A DNA stretch of 64,000 bases from Candidatus Nomurabacteria bacterium. GTDB taxonomy: Bacteria > Patescibacteriota > Minisyncoccia > Phycocordibacterales > UBA9973. A program made the translations under genes and the position numbers. Each line of letters begins with the position of its first letter. Position 1 is the stretch's first letter. Below are positions 61,535 to 64,000 of the stretch, one piece after another. The stretch lies in assembly GCA_023267375.1 (NCBI GenBank), contig JAHFNJ010000001.1, positions 85,878-149,877 on the forward strand. The letters run 5' to 3'. The notes beneath the pieces were generated by a model, which searched no databases, was not told the DNA's origin, and saw only the letters and a program-made list of their open reading frames with translations.

Positions 61535-61999
61535 CTACTTTTTGAATATCTTCATTGAAACAAGTTTCGCTCCCCCGTCTACAAAATGCGCCTCGCCGGT
61601 AAAGTGTTCCCCACGGAGCAAATATGGGAGCCATTGGTCATCACCCACCCACATTTCAGAATATGGGATCTGTTCAAATGAAAACCAAGCAGGCTTCATC
61701 TCTTCCGTTTCTTGCGGTTCCCCCATCCATTTTTCAATTGTATATATTTCACCGCGCTGATTCCATTCTGGTTTATCGTCAAAATAAAAATCGATAGTTC
61801 CACTATGTTCGAGGTCGCTTTCAGTAATATCGACGCCTGCTTCTTCTTTCACTTCTCGCACCGCAGCTTCCGTAACCGTCTCGCCCTCCTCAAGCTTTCC
61901 ACCATAGCCATTCCATTTCCCAATACCAAAGCCACGTTTCTTCATCGCGAGCAATATTTTTTCTCCGTCGATTAAAAAGATTAGATTAACGATTTTCAT
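61535..61999 (-). CDS. NUDIX hydrolase
   Basis: Nudix box GKWNGYGGKLEEGETVTEAAVREVKEEAGV. Confidence 0.8.
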   Translation of the reverse strand: MKIVNLIFLIDGEKILLAMKKRGFGIGKWNGYGGKLEEGETVTEAAVREVKEEAGVDITESDLEHSGTIDFYFDDKPEWNQRGEIYTIEKWMGEPQETEEMKPAWFSFEQIPYSEMWVGDDQWLPYLLRGEHFTGEAHFVDGGAKLVSMKIFKK

Positions 62000-62040
62000 G
62001 AAAATTAGGTTATAGGTTCTAGTTTATAGTTTCTAGTGAA

Positions 62041-62080
62041 AAATGCAAAAAAACTCCCCTGGGGGAGTTTTTTTGCATTT
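62041..62080. terminator. Bidirectional rho-independent terminator inside a longer imperfect palindrome
   Basis: AAATGCAAAAAAACTCCCC-TGG-GGGAGTTTTTTTGCATTT. The flanks (GGTTCTAGTTTATAGTTTCTAGT and ACTAGAACCTAG) are also inverted relative to each other. Confidence 0.7.
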
Positions 62081-62123
62081 ATTTTTTTCTATAACCTAAA
62101 ACCTAGTAACTAGAACCTAGTTT

Positions 62124-62447
62124 TTAGATCCCCTTAAGGTCTTCCATTGCCTGATTTACTGTCGCTGAAGAAGTAGACATGCTACCACCACCATCCTGAC
62201 GGCCACCTTCTGGCTCATTGATCTTGAGGTTTACGCGAGCGTTGTTCTTCATACCGATAACGCGGAGCAGGGTGCGAATAGCCTTAGCGGTATTACCCTG
62301 ACGTCCGATGATTTTGCCCATATCAGCAGAATTGACTGAAAGTGTAATGAGTACACCCATTTCATCAACAGTGCGATTAATCTTTACATCGTTCGGGTTA
62401 TCTACTAAAGCCTTCACTACGTATTCTAGAAATGCTTGATCTTCCAT
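62124..62447 (-). CDS. KH-domain RNA-binding protein (YlqC/UPF0109 family)
   Basis: KH motif MGKIIGRQGNTAKAIRTLL. Position downstream of rpsP, as in the rpsP-ylqC-rimM-trmD cluster. Confidence 0.75.
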   Translation of the reverse strand: MEDQAFLEYVVKALVDNPNDVKINRTVDEMGVLITLSVNSADMGKIIGRQGNTAKAIRTLLRVIGMKNNARVNLKINEPEGGRQDGGGSMSTSSATVNQAMEDLKGI

Positions 62448-62583
62448 AATAATTTATATCGTACTAACCTTATAATCGTTTAATAATCGTGCAGTTTTCG
62501 ACAAAGTACTGCTATCAAATAGTATAAAGTATAGGGTATAAAGTATCAAGTATGGAAAATAAAAATCGCCCTGTGGGCGATTT

Positions 62584-62892
62584 TTATTTTGCTGCTTTGA
62601 GTTCTTTTCGTTTCTTTGTTGGAGCCTTCTTTGAGAGAACGTTCTTTTTCTTTCCCTCAACCATTTTCTTGTGAACCATAAAGTTATGGAGTGTTGGAGA
62701 TGGTCGGGCGCCATTGGCAATCCAGTGCTTGATGCGGTCTTCTTTCAAAAGAACCTCACCAGACTTTGGATTGTATGAACCCAAAATCTCCTGGAATTTA
62801 CCACTTTTTGCTGAATTTTTGTGGTCGGTCAAAACGACGCGGAAATGCGCTTCGTTCTTGCGGCCAATACGTTGTAATCTGATTGCTAACAT
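62584..62892 (-). CDS. rpsP: 30S ribosomal protein S16
   Basis: MLAIRLQRIGRKNEAHFRVVLTD...LGSYNP is the canonical S16 sequence. It has a Lys-rich C-terminal tail. Confidence 0.9.
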   Translation of the reverse strand: MLAIRLQRIGRKNEAHFRVVLTDHKNSAKSGKFQEILGSYNPKSGEVLLKEDRIKHWIANGARPSPTLHNFMVHKKMVEGKKKNVLSKKAPTKKRKELKAAK

Positions 62893-63006
62893 GTGTCCCG
62901 ATATACTAACAGAAACCGATTAAAATGGCAAGAAAATACTGGACTCAAACGAGACACCTAATCCTACACCTTGTCAATATCACTATTTTGTGCTATTTTA
63001 TAGGCA

Positions 63007-64000
63007 ATGAAAAAACGCAAAAAACAGCATTCTGACTCCCCTCTCCACCGGAACCACAATCACAAGAAGCACACCACGAATAAAAAAATACATTCACATT
63101 CTCCTCGCAGCACTCCGCATTCCACTAGAAGCCAGGAGTCAGGTGCTAAGAGCTCGTTTGAAGGCATCATTTCCGTATCCGGCAAAGGCACGGGCTATTT
63201 GCGCATCGGAGCAGGAAAAGATGATGTAGAAGTATCATTCGAAAATTTAAACACCGCGCTTAATGGCGACATCGTCAAAGCAGAGATCGCCAAGAAAAAA
63301 GGTGCGCCTGCCTCAGGAAAAGTCGTTGATATTATCCGCCGGGCAAAAGTTGGTTTTTCTGGCACACTCAATCAAGATGGCAATGTGTACTATTTGAATG
63401 CCTCCGATTCAAAAATGTACATGAATATCGCTATTCCAAAAACAGAACTGGCTGGCGCAAAAGTGGGGCAAAAAATATTTGTGACGATTACGAAATGGGA
63501 TGATCCAAAAACCGCTCCGATTGGAAAAGTAGAACGCGTATTAGGCCAGCCGCTTGAAAACAATGCTGAGATGGAAGGCATCGCGCTTGAACGCGGGTTC
63601 GATGAATCATTTCCATCAGATGTCGAGCGAGAAGCCAAAGCACTTGAAGCGGGGGCAGCAGCAGACTTTGCTGCCGAAATACCAAACCGTCGCGACTTCC
63701 GTGGAACAACCACATTCACCATCGACCCCGAAGATGCAAAAGATTTCGATGACGCGATTTCGCTTCGCACACTCGAAAATGGCAACTTTGAAATCGGCAT
63801 CCACATCGCCGACGTTTCGCATTTCGTCAGAAAAGGCACTGCGCTCGACACGGAAGGATATCGCCGTGGTACATCGGTGTATCTCGTCGACCGCACCATC
63901 CCGATGCTTCCTGAAGTACTCTCAAATGATTTATGTAGTTTGAAACCAAACGTGGATCGCCTTACCATGAGTGCCGTTTTTACGATGAACAAAAAAGGTG
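63007..64000 (+). CDS. rnr: Ribonuclease R / RNase II family exoribonuclease (5' partial; runs off the window)
   Basis: ATG at 63007 and an open frame to the window end. A His/Lys-rich N-terminus, OB/cold-shock-like region, then RNB domain motifs TIDPEDAKDFDDAIS and YLVDRTIPMLPEVLSNDLCSL. It was not in the ORF track, presumably because no stop falls within the window. Confidence 0.8.
   Translation, partial: MKKRKKQHSDSPLHRNHNHKKHTTNKKIHSHSPRSTPHSTRSQESGAKSSFEGIISVSGKGTGYLRIGAGKDDVEVSFENLNTALNGDIVKAEIAKKKGAPASGKVVDIIRRAKVGFSGTLNQDGNVYYLNASDSKMYMNIAIPKTELAGAKVGQKIFVTITKWDDPKTAPIGKVERVLGQPLENNAEMEGIALERGFDESFPSDVEREAKALEAGAAADFAAEIPNRRDFRGTTTFTIDPEDAKDFDDAISLRTLENGNFEIGIHIADVSHFVRKGTALDTEGYRRGTSVYLVDRTIPMLPEVLSNDLCSLKPNVDRLTMSAVFTMNKKG

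Noticed and set aside
63390-63992. 200-aa and 129-aa ORFs (63390..63992 minus; 63554..63943 plus)
   Set aside because: They overlap the RNase R/II coding frame, which is plus strand, frame of 63007, and shows clear RNB motifs. These are antisense or out-of-frame shadows.

Overview
This 64 kb window reads as a gene-dense, AT-rich chromosome segment from a small-genome bacterium, most plausibly Candidate Phyla Radiation / Patescibacteria. The pointers are shortened uvrC and proS, many leaderless-looking gene starts, several TTG/GTG starts, and lamin-tail and GLUG surface proteins. The housekeeping backbone is recognisable: uvrA, uvrB, uvrC, ddl, tgt, mreB-mreC, proS, rpsB-tsf, dnaG-rpoD, rpoB-rpoC, trmD, rpsP, a KH protein, the 5' part of an RNase R/II gene, dapF, NDH-2, a family-4 UDG, and three tRNAs (Ala-GGC, Ala-UGC, Thr-UGU). 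The stand-out region is 7988-25616, all on the minus strand apart from two small inserts and dapF. It holds five tandem, diverged paralogs of a ~550-580 aa cysteine-rich multi-zinc-ribbon protein of a family I cannot name (11984-21490). They are bracketed by two paralogous soluble TraD/VirD4-like P-loop ATPases of the FtsK-HerA superfamily. One ATPase carries a C-terminal zinc ribbon and a charged coiled-coil tail, and a lamin-tail-domain surface protein follows it. The other ATPase is translationally coupled to an upstream ABC exporter. Several small repeated or structured non-coding elements are also present. These are a 24-nt duplication of the tRNA-Thr 3' end flanking a GC-rich 274-bp segment, a 122-nt element with 15-bp perfect terminal inverted repeats upstream of uvrB, a twice-occurring hairpin motif, and a ~33-bp direct repeat flanking a small membrane-protein gene that looks like an insertion next to uvrC. 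No CRISPR array, rRNA, integrase or transposase was seen.
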